Assembly (NCBI GenBank): GCA_963813335.1
Contig: CAWEYL010000003.1
Span: 352,001 to 416,000 of the forward strand
Length of the DNA stretch: 64,000 nucleotides
Direction of reading: 5' to 3'
Origin: an uncultured Chloroflexia bacterium
GTDB taxonomy: Bacteria > Chloroflexota > Limnocylindria > Limnocylindrales > CSP1-4
Shown here: positions 40,942 through 52,046 of the stretch, piece after piece
Numbering within the stretch: the first letter of the stretch is position 1
Layout of the letters: every line of letters starts with the position of its first letter
Position numbers and translations under genes: made by a program
Notes under the pieces: generated by a model
The model's database searches: none
Told to the model about the DNA's origin: nothing
What the model saw: only the letters and a program-made list of their open reading frames with translations

Positions 40942-42342
40942 GTGCAAGCCCGCCGGATCCGGCCTGACACCGGACCAACCGACCGTCGCCGCCTCGCCGC
41001 GGCCGGTCTGTCGGCGGTCCTCCCCGGACTCGGCCAGGCGTTCAACCAGCGGCGCCGCCTCGCCCTCTGGTTCCTGATCCCGTCGCTGATCGTCCTCGTC
41101 GTCGCGTTCGTCGTCGTGCGCACGCAGTCCCTGACGCACCTTGCCGCGTGGGCCATCACGCCGGCCGTGCTGGGCATGCTCCTGACCGTCAACCTGGCGA
41201 TCCTCGCCTGGCGGTTGACCTCGGTCGGACAGGCCTACCTCGACACCCGCCGCCAGGGCCCGACCGGCAAGCTCGGGATCGTCGGGCTGGCCGTGATCGT
41301 CGTGGCCGTGATCGTGCCGCATGCGCTGGCCTGGCAGTACGGGAGCATCCTGGGGAACACCTTCAGCAAGGTCTTCGCGGGGCACGACGTCAGCGCCGCG
41401 GCCGATGGCGGCGCGCCGACGGCCTCGCCCGGCCCGGGGATCACGGAGCGGCTCAACATCCTGCTCATCGGCGTGGATTCGACGTCGAAGCGGACCACCG
41501 ACCTGACCGACACGATGATGGTCGCTTCGCTCGACCCGGTCGGCCACACCATCTCGATGGTGTCCATCCCGCGCGATCTCGTGAACGTTCCGCTCAGCCA
41601 CGGCGACGTCTACGGGCCGAAGCTCAACTCCCTGATGTCGTACGCCGACCGCCACAAGGACGCCTTCCCGGCAGGTGGCATCGCCGCCCTCGAGGACGCG
41701 GTCGGGTCGCTGCTCGGGATCCCCATCCACTACTACGCGCGGATCGACTTCGTGGGCTTCATGAAGATGGTCGATGCCGTGGGCGGCGTCGACATCGATG
41801 TCGCCAGGGGCTTCTCGGACCCGAACTACGACGGGGTCGGCCTCGACGGCCGCGGGTACACCGTGACCAAGGGCCCGCACCACTTCACGGGCGCCGAGGC
41901 GCTCGCCTACGCCCGGGTGCGCAAGGCCCCCGGCGAGAGCGACTTCACCCGCGCGGCCCGGCAGCAGGAGGTCATCGTCGCGCTGCGCGCCCGCGTGCTC
42001 CGCGGCGGGAGCGTGCTCTGGGAGCTGCCGAAGCTGCTCGACGTGGTCGGCGACACGGTCCACTCGGACCTGCCCGTGGAGCGGCTGCCGGACCTCGCGG
42101 CCGTCGTGGACGAGATGGGCCGCGGGTCGATGGTCCGGGCCGTCATCAAGTGGCCGCTCGTCCACCCGATCAGTACCCGCTACGGCGACTCGCAGGACCC
42201 GGACCTGCCGGCGATCCGGGCCATGGCGGCGGAGCTCTTCTCCCCGCCGGGCGTCACGCCGGTCCCGTGGCCGACCCCGAAGCCGACCCCGACCCCCAAG
42301 CCAACGAAGGCACCGAAGGCGACGCCGACCGCCCAGTCCTAG
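40942..42342 (+). CDS. LCP (LytR-CpsA-Psr) family protein
   Basis: ILLIGVD, TDTMMV, SIPRD, ALAYARVR, SDFTRAARQ. Confidence 0.93.
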   Translation: MQARRIRPDTGPTDRRRLAAAGLSAVLPGLGQAFNQRRRLALWFLIPSLIVLVVAFVVVRTQSLTHLAAWAITPAVLGMLLTVNLAILAWRLTSVGQAYLDTRRQGPTGKLGIVGLAVIVVAVIVPHALAWQYGSILGNTFSKVFAGHDVSAAADGGAPTASPGPGITERLNILLIGVDSTSKRTTDLTDTMMVASLDPVGHTISMVSIPRDLVNVPLSHGDVYGPKLNSLMSYADRHKDAFPAGGIAALEDAVGSLLGIPIHYYARIDFVGFMKMVDAVGGVDIDVARGFSDPNYDGVGLDGRGYTVTKGPHHFTGAEALAYARVRKAPGESDFTRAARQQEVIVALRARVLRGGSVLWELPKLLDVVGDTVHSDLPVERLPDLAAVVDEMGRGSMVRAVIKWPLVHPISTRYGDSQDPDLPAIRAMAAELFSPPGVTPVPWPTPKPTPTPKPTKAPKATPTAQS

Positions 42343-42345
42343 GCT

Positions 42346-42641
42346 GGCCAGCGCGAGCCGTGGGCGCCGTGCCGCGGTCGCGCGCGATGTGGCACAGCGC
42401 TCATGAGCGGAACGTTATGGCCGGTCGGTACCCCGTCGACGCCAGGATTCGCGACTCTCACGCCGCTCTTGGCCGGGATCCACGCACGAAACCGGCCATC
42501 GGCCCCGGTCCGCTCGCAGCTCGATGGGCCAGATCGAGGTGGTTTCGGCCATTACGTTCTATGGATGGTCGTTGTGCCAGGTTCCGGGTGCCGCGTTGGC
42601 CGATGCGGCCGTGTGGTCAGGACGCGGGCCAGCGCGAGCCG
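42346..42641. repeat. Small insertion: 15-bp direct repeats around an element with imperfect 34-bp inverted ends (MITE-like or structured RNA)
   Basis: GGCCAGCGCGAGCCG at 42346 and 42627; inverted arms at 42390-42423 and 42546-42579. Confidence 0.55.
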
Positions 42642-43183
42642 GGCGGCACCCAGCGGGCGAATCGCTCGAGGAGCGCCGCCAGGTCGGCATCGACGGCCAC
42701 GAGCCGGCGATGGTCGGGGGAGATGAAGCCCTCGCGGACGGCCCCGTCGAGCCACGCCAGCAGCCCGTCCCAGTAGCCTGCCGGACCGAGCAGCCCGATC
42801 GGCTTGCGGTGGAGTTCCAGCTGCCCCCATGACGCGACCTCGGCCAGCTCCTCGAGCGTCCCGAGGCCACCGGGCAGGGCGATGAATCCATCGGCCAGCT
42901 CGGCCATGCGCGCCTTCCGCTCGTGGAGCGTGTCGACGACGTCGATCTCGGTCAGTCCGGGATGCGCGAGCTCCCGATCCGCGAGCCGGTGCGGGATCAC
43001 GCCGAAGACCTCGCCGCCGGCGGCGAGCGCGGCGTCCGCGAGCGCCCCCATCAGCCCGACCCGGCCGCCGCCATAGACGATGCCGATGCCGCGCTCCGCC
43101 AGCCCGCTGCCGACCGCCCGGGCGAGCGCGGCATAGGCCGGCGACCGGCCGGAGCTCGCGCCGCAGAACACGCAGAGGCGCAC
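42617..43183 (-). CDS. LOG family (TIGR00730) nucleotide phosphoribohydrolase
   Basis: [24 protein letters not shown]. Confidence 0.93.
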   Translation of the reverse strand: MRLCVFCGASSGRSPAYAALARAVGSGLAERGIGIVYGGGRVGLMGALADAALAAGGEVFGVIPHRLADRELAHPGLTEIDVVDTLHERKARMAELADGFIALPGGLGTLEELAEVASWGQLELHRKPIGLLGPAGYWDGLLAWLDGAVREGFISPDHRRLVAVDADLAALLERFARWVPPGSRWPAS

Positions 43184-43199
43184 GGCGGTCCCCCTCCCG

Positions 43200-43832
43200 C
43201 TAGAAGCCGAGCGCCCGGAGGTGGGGCGTCATCCGCCGCGCCGCCGCCGAGCGGTGCGAGATCGCGTGCTTCTCGGCGGGCGTCCACAACCCGAGCGTCC
43301 GGCCGCCGGGCGGCTCGCTCGCCGGCTCGAAGATGGGGTCGTACCCGAACCCGCCGGTGCCGCGCGGCACGGCAGCGATCCGGCCGCGACAGGTCCCGCG
43401 GGCCAGCGTGACCGGCAGACCCCCGCGCGGCCCAGGGACGTCGGGCAGCGCCAGGGCCAGCACGCAGACATAGCGGGCGCCGCGGCGCAAGGGTGGCAGG
43501 CCTGCCAGGGCTTCGAGCAGCTTGCGGTTGTTGTCGGCGTCGGTGGCGTCCTCGCCGGCGTAGCGCCGGGTCCGGACGCCGGGACCCCCGTCCAGCGCGT
43601 CCACCTCGATCCCGGAGTCGTCGGCCAGGGTCGGCAGGCCGCTCGCCCGGGCGCCGAACCTGGCTTTCAGGGACGCGTTCGTCTCGAAGGTCTCGCCGTC
43701 CTCGACCGGGTCGCCGGGGACCCCGATCTCGTCGAGCGAGACCAGCTCGGCGCGCTCGAGGTGCAGCAGCTCGCGGAGTTCGCGCAGCTTGTGGGTCGAG
43801 CGCGTGGCGACGAGCAGGCGCGGACGAGCCAC
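43200..43832 (-). CDS. rdgB: Non-canonical purine NTP pyrophosphatase
   Basis: [32 protein letters not shown]. Confidence 0.92.
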   Translation of the reverse strand: MARPRLLVATRSTHKLRELRELLHLERAELVSLDEIGVPGDPVEDGETFETNASLKARFGARASGLPTLADDSGIEVDALDGGPGVRTRRYAGEDATDADNNRKLLEALAGLPPLRRGARYVCVLALALPDVPGPRGGLPVTLARGTCRGRIAAVPRGTGGFGYDPIFEPASEPPGGRTLGLWTPAEKHAISHRSAAARRMTPHLRALGF

Positions 43833-43836
43833 CGCC

Positions 43837-44574
43837 CTACCGCTTGACGGTGGCGAGGATGGCGGCCTGGGCCGCGAAGAGCTGGGCCAGCCCGGCATCC
43901 GCGAGGTCGATCAGGCCGTTCGCGGCCGCGCGGTCGAACGGCAACCCCTCGGCCGTGCCCTGCAACTCGACGTAGGCGCCGCTGTCGGTGCCGACCACGT
44001 TGAAGTCGACGTCCGCCCGCGAATCCTCCGAGTAGTCGAGATCGAGGAGCGGGACGCCGTCGACGAGCCCGACCGAGACCGCGGCGACCTTGCCCACGAG
44101 GTGGCGGTCCATCCCGTAGGTGATGAGCGCGGCCGCGAGCGCGACGTAGCCGCCGGTGATCGACGCGGTCCGGGTGCCGCCGTCGGCCTGGAGCACGTCG
44201 CAGTCGACGGTGATCGAGCGCTCGCCGAGGCGGGTCAGGTCCACGACGCCGCGGAGCGAGCGGCCGATGAGCCGCTGGATCTCATGCGTCCGCCCGCCGA
44301 TCCGGCCCTTCGCCGATTCGCGGTCGGTGCGCTCCGCGGTCGCCCGCGGCAGCATCGAATACTCGGCGGTCACCCAGCCGGTCCCCTTGCCGCGGAGGTG
44401 GGGCGGGACGCGGTCGACGACCGTGGCCGCGCACAGGACCTCCGTGTCGCCCATCCGGACCCGGCACGAGCCCTCGGCCCACTTCTGGACCCCGAGCTCG
44501 AAGCTGACCGGTCGGAGGTCGCGGGGGCCGCGTCCGTCGGCTCGCACCGTCGGGGGTCGGTTGCCGATGCTCAT
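43837..44574 (-). CDS. rph: Ribonuclease PH
   Basis: [45 protein letters not shown]. Confidence 0.96.
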   Translation of the reverse strand: MSIGNRPPTVRADGRGPRDLRPVSFELGVQKWAEGSCRVRMGDTEVLCAATVVDRVPPHLRGKGTGWVTAEYSMLPRATAERTDRESAKGRIGGRTHEIQRLIGRSLRGVVDLTRLGERSITVDCDVLQADGGTRTASITGGYVALAAALITYGMDRHLVGKVAAVSVGLVDGVPLLDLDYSEDSRADVDFNVVGTDSGAYVELQGTAEGLPFDRAAANGLIDLADAGLAQLFAAQAAILATVKR

Positions 44575-45717
44575 GTCGTCGCCTTCTCCTCTGCCTTGGC
44601 CGCATCCCACAGCGCGTCGAGCGACGCGAAGTCCATGTCGCGCAGGGCGACGCCCACCTCGGCCGCCTGCCGTTCCACGCTGCCGAACCGGCGCCGGAAC
44701 TTGGCGTTCGCCGCGCGCATCGCGGCCTCGGCGTCGACCTCCTGCTTGCGGGCCACGTTGACCAGCACGAACAGGAGGTCGCCGAACTCCTCGGCCCATG
44801 CCCGGTCGTCGCCGTCGGCGGCGGCCTCGCGCAGCTCCTGCGTCTCCTCGATGACCTTGTCGAGCACGCCGTCGAGCGACGGCCAGTCGTACCCGAGGTG
44901 GGCGGCCCGCTCCTGCATCTCCTGGCTGGCCGCCAGGGCCGGGAGCGAGGCGCTGATGCCGTCGAGGGCGCTCTTCGCGGCGGTGTCGCCGCCGGCGTCC
45001 GCCCGCTCCGCGGCCTTGATCCGCTCCCACTGGCGGTTGACGTCCGACGCGGTCTTCGCCTCCGCCTCGCCGAAGACGTGCGGGTGGCGGCGGACGATCT
45101 TGGTGGCGAGCGCCGCCTGCACGTCGGTCAGGTCGAAGACGCCCTCCTCCGCCGCCAGCTGCGCGTGCAGGATGACCTGCAGCAGCAGGTCGCCGAGCTC
45201 GTCCGCCAGCTCCGGGGTCGCACCGCCCTCGAGCGCGTCGTAGACCTCGTAGGCCTCCTCGAGCAGGTGGTTGCGCAGCGAGGCGTGGGTCTGCTCGCGG
45301 TCCCAGGGGCAGCCATCCGGCTGGCGGAGCCGGTCGGCTGATCCAGGGCATCGCCCACGGCCCGGCGACGGCCGCCTCAGGCGCGAGCGGGGCGAGGTAG
45401 CACGGCGCGGTCAGGGCAGCCTCGTCGAGGGCGCCGACGGTCGTCGCCTCGGCCGCCCCGAAGCGGCCCACGGGATGGTCCGCCGGGTACAGGCGGCGCA
45501 GGACGGCGAGGGGGTCGCTGCCGCCCGGGCCGTGCCGTCCCGGGAGCGGCGCCGCCGCGGCCGGAGACGCCCCGAGCAGGACCGCGGGCACGATCAGCAC
45601 CGGGCGCGACGGCTCGATCGGCGTGCCGATGAGCCGCTCGGCCGCGACGAGCTGGACGCCCGCGCCTGGATCCAGTCCCCAGCGCAGCCGCGCCTCGGCC
45701 AGGAGGGCATCCAGCAT
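44571..45717 (-). CDS. mazG: Nucleoside triphosphate pyrophosphohydrolase MazG with N-terminal extension (frameshift near 45335)
   Basis: [10 protein letters not shown]...[26 protein letters not shown]. Confidence 0.88.
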
Positions 45718-45727
45718 GCGCCGCTCG

Positions 45728-47476
45728 CTAGCCCGCGCTGGATCCCGTGATCGACGGATCGCGCTCGATCTTGACCACGGCCTTCTGGGCCGTGTACCAG
45801 TTGGCGAACGCGGTCGACTTGATCGCCTCGAGCTGGCGGCCTTCGGGCGTCCTGTTCTCCTCGGCGAAGACCTTGAACGAGGTAGGTCCCGTCACCGGTG
45901 ATCGAGACCACGTTGCTGGTCTTGCCGACCTCCGCCGCGAAGATCGCGTCGGTCAGGCGCGGGTCGAGCTGGTTCGGGCGCGACCCAGCCGAGGTCGCCG
46001 CCCTTGCTGGCGGTCTCGGCCTCGGAGTTGTCGCGGGCGAGCGCGGCGAAGTCGGCGCCGCCGTCGGCCGCGGTCTTGAGCTTGGCCATCTGGGCCGCGT
46101 CCGGAGCGTGGTACATGATCTGGATCACGTGCCAGCCGATGGACGTCTTGACCGGCGCCAGGAGCTCGCCCGTCCTGGAGGCCGGGGGCGAGGATCGCGG
46201 TCTTGAAGTCCTCGGCCTGCGACAGGTCCGAATCCTTGTCGATGTAGCCCAGCTTGCCGCCGGTGCCCGTGTCGCCCTTGGCGCTCGCCTCGTCGCTCGA
46301 GGTCCGGGCCATCGAGTCGAACAGGCTGGGGTCGGCCTGGAGCTTGGCGTACGCCGCGTCGGCCTCGGCCTTCGCGGCGGCCCACGCGGGGTCGGTGGCG
46401 GCGAGGGCGGCGGCGCCCTCCGGGTCGTCCTTGGGGGAGTACTGGATGTGGCGGACCTTGACGGCGTCCGTCGCCGGCGTCGGCGACGTCTCCACGATGT
46501 AGATCTCGCTGACCTGCCGCTGCGGGCCCTCCTTGGAAGCGTCGGCGACGATCTTGTCCTCGAGCTTCTGATGGATGACGTCGCCGGCGACCACCGCGCG
46601 GTACTTGGCGAGCTCGATGCCGTTGTTCTGGATCTTGGCCTGGTAGGCCGAGTCGACGGTCTCGGCGACGATCTCGCTCGCCCGCCCGATGCGGTAGATC
46701 CCGTCCGCGCCCTCGACGACGGCCGTCGGCGTGTTCACCGGGGCGCCGAAGACCGCGTTGACGAACGCCTCGTCGCTGCCGCTGTCGTCCTTCTGGATCC
46801 AGCCCATGTCACCGGCCTGCGGCGCGGTGGACGTGTCGGTCGAGACGACCTTGGCGACCTCGTCCCAGGCCTTGCCGGCCTGGAGGTCGACGAGGGCCGC
46901 GTCGGCCTTCGCCTTGGCGGCCGCCTTCTGCGCCTCGGTCGGCGCGGTCGCACCGGCGTCGGTCGCGGGGGCGACCTCGATGACCCACGCGTGGCGCGAC
47001 TCGGGCGTCGTGGCCTCGGTCACGAGCCGCGCATCGATGTCCGGATCGGTGGCGGCGATCCCCTGCCCCGCCGCGAGCGTCGCCTGGAGCTTGGTGTCGA
47101 TGATCCGCTCGAGCGTGTTCGGCGCGAGCTGCTGGGTCTGCTGGTCGAGGTACTGCTGCGCCGTCTGCGCCTGGGCGTCGGTCAGACGGCCCACCTGGCG
47201 CTGGTTGACGATCCGGCTGGCGGCCTCGCTGATCCGCCACTGCTCGATGAGGTAGCGGTCCTTGAACTCGTCCTTGGTGATCGACTGGCCGTCGACGCTG
47301 CCGACCGACGCCCAGTGCGTGTTGTACCAGGACAGCCCTGCGGCGAAGAGCAGGATGAGGACGGCCGCCAGGACGACGAGGCCGAAGGCGAGGTTGGTGT
47401 AGAAGTTCCGCCGGTCCTGGCTCTCCCACTGCGCCTTGTGGGTGCGCTTGACGACGGGTTTGGCTCGAAAGGTCAT
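45728..47476 (-). CDS. SurA/PrsA-like peptidyl-prolyl isomerase with several parvulin domains (frameshifted)
   Basis: N-terminal TM; GDMGWI, VRHI, GGKLGY, GGDLGWV in successive frames; TAG at 45728. Confidence 0.82.
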
Positions 47477-47583
47477 GGGGTGGCTGGATCCTGTTCGAAT
47501 GGCGTGGCCGGTCGGCTCCGGGGAGAGACGGGGCGCGTATCGTACCGCAACCTCGCGCGAGGCCAGTCCGTGCGCGGAGCCGC

Positions 47584-48807
47584 TCACCGGCGCATCGTCC
47601 GCTCGACCAGGTCGAGGTACCCGCGGGCCTCGTGCTCCCAGGCCAGGGCGGCCACCCTCGCCCGGGCGCGCGCGATCCGCGCCTCGCGGGCCACGGGATC
47701 GTCGACGATGCCCTCCAGCGCCGTCGCGAGGTCGGCAGCGTCGCCGGGTGCGTAGGTCACGACATCGTCGCCGAACGTGCGCTCGACGAGCGGCAGCCGG
47801 CTGGCGACGACCGTCCGGCCCATCGCGGCGTACTCGTACGCCTTCGTGGACAGCGAGTAGTCGGTGAACTCCGTGCGGCGGGTCGGCGCCAGGCCGACGT
47901 CGGCGGCCGCGATGGCCGCCGGGACCTCGCCGATCGGGATACGCCCGTGGAACGCCACCCGGTCGGCGATGCCGAGGCGGTCGGCCTGGTCGTGGAGCGG
48001 CACCTCCTCGAAGTCGCGGCCGTACAGCTCGAGGGCGACCACGAGGGCCGGCCGGCGCTCGCGCAGGATCGCGATCGCGTCGAGGACCACGTCGAGCTCG
48101 TAGATCGGGCTGAGCCCGCCGGCATAGACCAGGACGAGCCGGCCGTCGGCCATGAACGGGCGGGCCGGGCTCGCGGCGGGGTCGAACCGCGCCAGCGATG
48201 GCACGTTGCGGACGACCGTCAGCTTGGCGGCGGGGACGCCCAGCGCGAGAAGCCGCTCGCCGAGTGCCTCGTTCACGGTGACGACCGCGCTGGCATACCG
48301 CGTCGCCAGCCGCTCCTGGAGCAGGAGGATGCGCCGTGCCAGTCCGCCGAGCCGGGAGCGGAAGCGGCTGCCGAAGAAGACCGGCATCGCCTCGTGCAGG
48401 TCGAGGATCACCGGGACGCCGACCAGCCGGAGCGGCAGCGTGGCGAACACGAGGAAGTCCGGCAGCGTGTGCACCTGGACGAGGCCGTAGCGGCGGCGGG
48501 CGTGGGCACGCACGAGGGCGAAGCCGGCGCGCAGGAAGAAGGCCAGGTACTCCGCGAGGTACACGCCGAGCCCGGCACCCTGGTGACGCTGCACGCCGAG
48601 CCGGCGGACCGTGACGCCGGCGATGGTCTCCTGCCCCGGATCGGCCGACCGTCGCAGGGCGAAGACGTCGACCGCGTGGCCGGCCGCGGCGAGGGCCTCG
48701 GCCTCGCGCCGGACGCGCGGGTCCTCCTCGTAATAGGAGTGGGTCAGCATCGCGATGGGACGGCGTGCCGAGCCGCTCGCGCCTGACCGGTCGGTCGCCG
48801 TGTCCAT
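47584..48807 (-). CDS. Glycosyltransferase family 4
   Basis: DPRVRREA, LDLHE, TKAYEYAAMG. Confidence 0.9.
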   Translation of the reverse strand: MDTATDRSGASGSARRPIAMLTHSYYEEDPRVRREAEALAAAGHAVDVFALRRSADPGQETIAGVTVRRLGVQRHQGAGLGVYLAEYLAFFLRAGFALVRAHARRRYGLVQVHTLPDFLVFATLPLRLVGVPVILDLHEAMPVFFGSRFRSRLGGLARRILLLQERLATRYASAVVTVNEALGERLLALGVPAAKLTVVRNVPSLARFDPAASPARPFMADGRLVLVYAGGLSPIYELDVVLDAIAILRERRPALVVALELYGRDFEEVPLHDQADRLGIADRVAFHGRIPIGEVPAAIAAADVGLAPTRRTEFTDYSLSTKAYEYAAMGRTVVASRLPLVERTFGDDVVTYAPGDAADLATALEGIVDDPVAREARIARARARVAALAWEHEARGYLDLVERTMRR

Positions 48808-48987
48808 GCCGGAAGAGCGTACCGCAGCGCGTGGCGGCCGGGCCGTCCGAGCGACGGCGGCCGGGCCGTCGGAGCCCGCCGTGTTACCCTCCGCGCCGAT
48901 GAACGAGACGGCCCAGGTGTCTGCCCACTTCCGCACGACCGCCGTCCGCCCGGACCCCTCGGCCTGCTCCGCGAGGCAGTCACCGAG

Positions 48988-49764
48988 ATGCTCGGGCGGC
49001 GGCGGCTGATCGCGTATCTCGTCCAGGCGGACATGAAGAAGAAGGGCGCCGACACGCTGCTCGGCAACATCTGGTGGGTCCTCGACCCGCTCCTCCAGAT
49101 GATCGTCTACGTGGTCTTCGTGTCGGTCGTGCTCCAGCGCGGCGGACCCGACTATCCGCTGTTCATCTTCTCCGCGATCCTGCCCTGGAAGTGGTTCCAG
49201 ACGTCGGTGCAGGACGGCATCACGTCGGTGACGAGCGCGGACAAGCTGATCCGCCAGATCCAGTTCCCCAAGCTCGTGCTCCCGGTCTCGACGGTCGTCG
49301 CGGGGATCATCAACTTCGCGTTCGGCCTCATCCCGCTCGTCGGCCTGATCCTGCTGCTCTACCGCGACCGGCTGACCGCGACGCTCTTCCTGATCCCGGT
49401 CATCGCCGCGGTCCAGTTCTTCCTCAACCTCGGTCTGGCCATCGGGCTGGGCGCCCTCAACGTCTTCTATCGCGACGTCGGCAACGTCTCGCGCCACGTC
49501 CTCCGCATGTGGTTCTACCTGTCCCCGGCGCTCTACTCGATCGAGTCGCTCCAGAAGGGCACCGAGAATCTGCCGATCCTCGGACCGCTCCTGCTCCTCA
49601 ACCCGTGGACGACGCTCTTCACGGCCTACCGCGACGTCATCTACTACAGCCGCATGCCGAACTGGGTCGGCCTCGCCGAGGTCCTCGTCGGCTCGCTCGT
49701 GCTGTTCGCGCTGCTGACGTACGCCTTCAAGCGGGCCGAGCCGTCGTTCGCCAAGGTCCTGTGA
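48988..49764 (+). CDS. Polysaccharide ABC transporter permease (Wzm-like); true start probably upstream across a frameshift
   Basis: LGNIWWVLDPL, ILPWKWF, YRDV, FYLSP, LNP. Confidence 0.9.
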   Translation: MLGRRRLIAYLVQADMKKKGADTLLGNIWWVLDPLLQMIVYVVFVSVVLQRGGPDYPLFIFSAILPWKWFQTSVQDGITSVTSADKLIRQIQFPKLVLPVSTVVAGIINFAFGLIPLVGLILLLYRDRLTATLFLIPVIAAVQFFLNLGLAIGLGALNVFYRDVGNVSRHVLRMWFYLSPALYSIESLQKGTENLPILGPLLLLNPWTTLFTAYRDVIYYSRMPNWVGLAEVLVGSLVLFALLTYAFKRAEPSFAKVL

Positions 49765-50648
49765 TGGACGATCCGGAGCGGCTCAGTTCAGCCGCGCCGG
49801 CGATCATCCGGCCGGATGCGCCGGTCGCTATCGAGGCGCAGGGGCTCGGCGTCAAGTACAGCCTCAAGTTCACCCGCAAGACGACCATCCACCGCTCGTT
49901 CGTGAACCTGCTCAAGGGCCAGCCGTCCGACGACTTCTGGGCGCTGAGCGACGTCAGCTTCAAGCTCGTCCACGGGGAGTCCCTCGCGGTCATCGGTCCG
50001 AACGGGGCCGGCAAGAGCACGCTGCTCCAGGTCCTCGCCGGGATCATCACCCCGTCCGCCGGGGTGGTCGAGGTCAACGGGCGCATCTCCAGCCTGCTGA
50101 CCCTCGGGGCCGGGTTCGACCAGGACCTGACCGGCCGCGAGAACGTCCGCCTCGCCGGGGCGTTCATCGGCATCGAGGGCGCCGAGATGGCGCGGATGAC
50201 GCCGGGGATCATCGCCTTCGCGGACCTCGGGCCGTTCATCGACGCGCCGATCAAGACGTATTCGTCGGGCATGCGCGCCCGCCTCGGCTTCGCCATCGCG
50301 ACCTCGGTCGACCCGGACATCCTGCTCCTCGACGAGGTCCTCGCGACCGGCGACCAGGTGTTCCGGTCGAGATCCAAGGCCCGCGTCCTCGAGCTCGTCC
50401 ACGCGGCCAAGGGCGTCGTGTTCGTGACCCACGACCTCGGCTGGGTCCTGGAGTTCTGCAACCGCGCGATCCTGCTCGAGCGCGGCCGGATCGTGGCCGA
50501 GGGCGATCCCGCCGAGGTCGTGGCCATCCACCGCGAGCACTCGGAACGGGTGAAGATCGAGCGCGAGGCGGCGATCGCCGCGGCGCTCGCGGAGTCCGGC
50601 TCCGGGCCGCTGCCGCCCGACGCCGCGAAGAGCCGCCTCGCCGGCTAG
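49764..50648 (+). CDS. Polysaccharide ABC transporter ATPase (Wzt-like)
   Basis: FWALSDVSF, GPNGAGKST, YSSGMRARL, LLLDEVL. Confidence 0.93.
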   Translation: MDDPERLSSAAPAIIRPDAPVAIEAQGLGVKYSLKFTRKTTIHRSFVNLLKGQPSDDFWALSDVSFKLVHGESLAVIGPNGAGKSTLLQVLAGIITPSAGVVEVNGRISSLLTLGAGFDQDLTGRENVRLAGAFIGIEGAEMARMTPGIIAFADLGPFIDAPIKTYSSGMRARLGFAIATSVDPDILLLDEVLATGDQVFRSRSKARVLELVHAAKGVVFVTHDLGWVLEFCNRAILLERGRIVAEGDPAEVVAIHREHSERVKIEREAAIAAALAESGSGPLPPDAAKSRLAG

Positions 50649-51961
50649 GCGGGAGTCAACGCCTCGCGGGCCGACCAGCCCGCCCCGAGGCGCAGGACCT
50701 GGCGCGGCCGGACCGCACGGCCGCGCGAGCTGTCGACGGTGTCGACCACGAGCGTCGCCCGCTCGAACACCCGGTCCCAGTCGATCGCCCGGTGGGCCGT
50801 GACCACGACCACGACGTCCGAGACGGCGAGCAGCGCGTCCAGGCCGACCGAGGAACGTTCGATGCCGGCGGCGTCCCGGAACGTCGCCACGTGCGGATCG
50901 TGGAAGGCGACATCCGCCCCGCGCTCCGCCAGGCCCGCGAGGACGTCCGCCGCCGGCGAGTTCCGCGCGTCCTGGACGTTGGGCTTGAAGGCCACGCCGA
51001 GGACCCCGACCCGGGCGCCCTTCAGGGCCTTGCCCCGGTCGTTGAGCGCCTCGGCCGTGAGGTCCACCACGTGGCGCGGCATCGCGAAGTTGATGTCCCC
51101 GGCCAGCTCGACGAAGCGGTCGATGAAGTCGAACTCGCGCGCCCGCCAGCTCAGGTAGTACGGGTCGACCGGGATGCAGTGGCCGCCGACGCCCGGGCCC
51201 GGGGTGAAGCGCATGAACCCGAACGGCTTGGTCGCCGCGGCGTCGATGACCTCCCAGACGTCGAGGTCCATCCGCTCGCACAGCAGGGCCAGCTGGTTCA
51301 CGAACGCGATGTTGACGTTGCGGAAGACGTTCTCGAGCAGCTTGGCGAGCTCGGCGGCATCGGGCGACGACAGCGGCAGCACGTGGTCGTTGATCAGTCC
51401 CAGCAGGGCGGCGGCCCGCTTCGTCGCGGCGGGCGTGGTCGCGCCGACGAGGCGCGGCACGGTCTTCGACGCCGACGCGGGGTCGCCGGGGTTGACCCGC
51501 TCCGGCGCGAACGCGAGGTCGAAGTCGGTGCCGGCGACCAGGCCGGACCGCTCCAGCTCGAGGCGGAACGGGCCGGTCGTCGTGCCCGGGAACGTCGTCG
51601 ACTGGAGGACCACCAGCTGCCCCGCCCGGAGATGCTCGCGGATCATCGACGCCGCCGAGAGGACCGGGGCCAGGTCGGGATCCTTCGACTTGGTGATCGG
51701 CGTGGGGACGCACACGAAGATGACGTCCGCCTCGGCGAGGCCGGCCGCCTCGGGGGTGACGACGCGCAATCCGCTGCCGAGGGCCGCCACGAGGCGGTCG
51801 TCCGTGATGTCGTCGATCGGCGAGCTGCCGCCGGCGAGCTGGGCGACCCGGGTCGCGCTCGCATCGACGCCGTCGACGCGCAGGCCGGCTTCGACGAAGG
51901 AGATCGCCAGGGGCAGCCCGACATACCCAAGGCCGATGACCGCCAGTCTCGAGTCGCTCAC
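50645..51961 (-). CDS. Nucleotide sugar dehydrogenase (UDP-GlcNAc/ManNAc 6-dehydrogenase type)
   Basis: GLGYVGLP, CVPTP, KLLEN.FR.VNIA, GGHCIPVDP. Confidence 0.94.
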   Translation of the reverse strand: MSDSRLAVIGLGYVGLPLAISFVEAGLRVDGVDASATRVAQLAGGSSPIDDITDDRLVAALGSGLRVVTPEAAGLAEADVIFVCVPTPITKSKDPDLAPVLSAASMIREHLRAGQLVVLQSTTFPGTTTGPFRLELERSGLVAGTDFDLAFAPERVNPGDPASASKTVPRLVGATTPAATKRAAALLGLINDHVLPLSSPDAAELAKLLENVFRNVNIAFVNQLALLCERMDLDVWEVIDAAATKPFGFMRFTPGPGVGGHCIPVDPYYLSWRAREFDFIDRFVELAGDINFAMPRHVVDLTAEALNDRGKALKGARVGVLGVAFKPNVQDARNSPAADVLAGLAERGADVAFHDPHVATFRDAAGIERSSVGLDALLAVSDVVVVVTAHRAIDWDRVFERATLVVDTVDSSRGRAVRPRQVLRLGAGWSAREALTPA

Positions 51962-52046
51962 GGATCCTCCATGTCAGCCGAACGCGCCGTGCCGGCGCCG
52001 GGCCGGGTGCCCGGTCGAGAGGATAGCCCGTCCGGAACGACGACCG

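Noticed and set aside
42617-47476. mazG/LOG/rdgB as an anti-phage nucleotide-depletion system
   Set aside because: PPIase-mazG-rph-rdgB-LOG is consistent with ordinary housekeeping gene order, and no defence-type partners are present.
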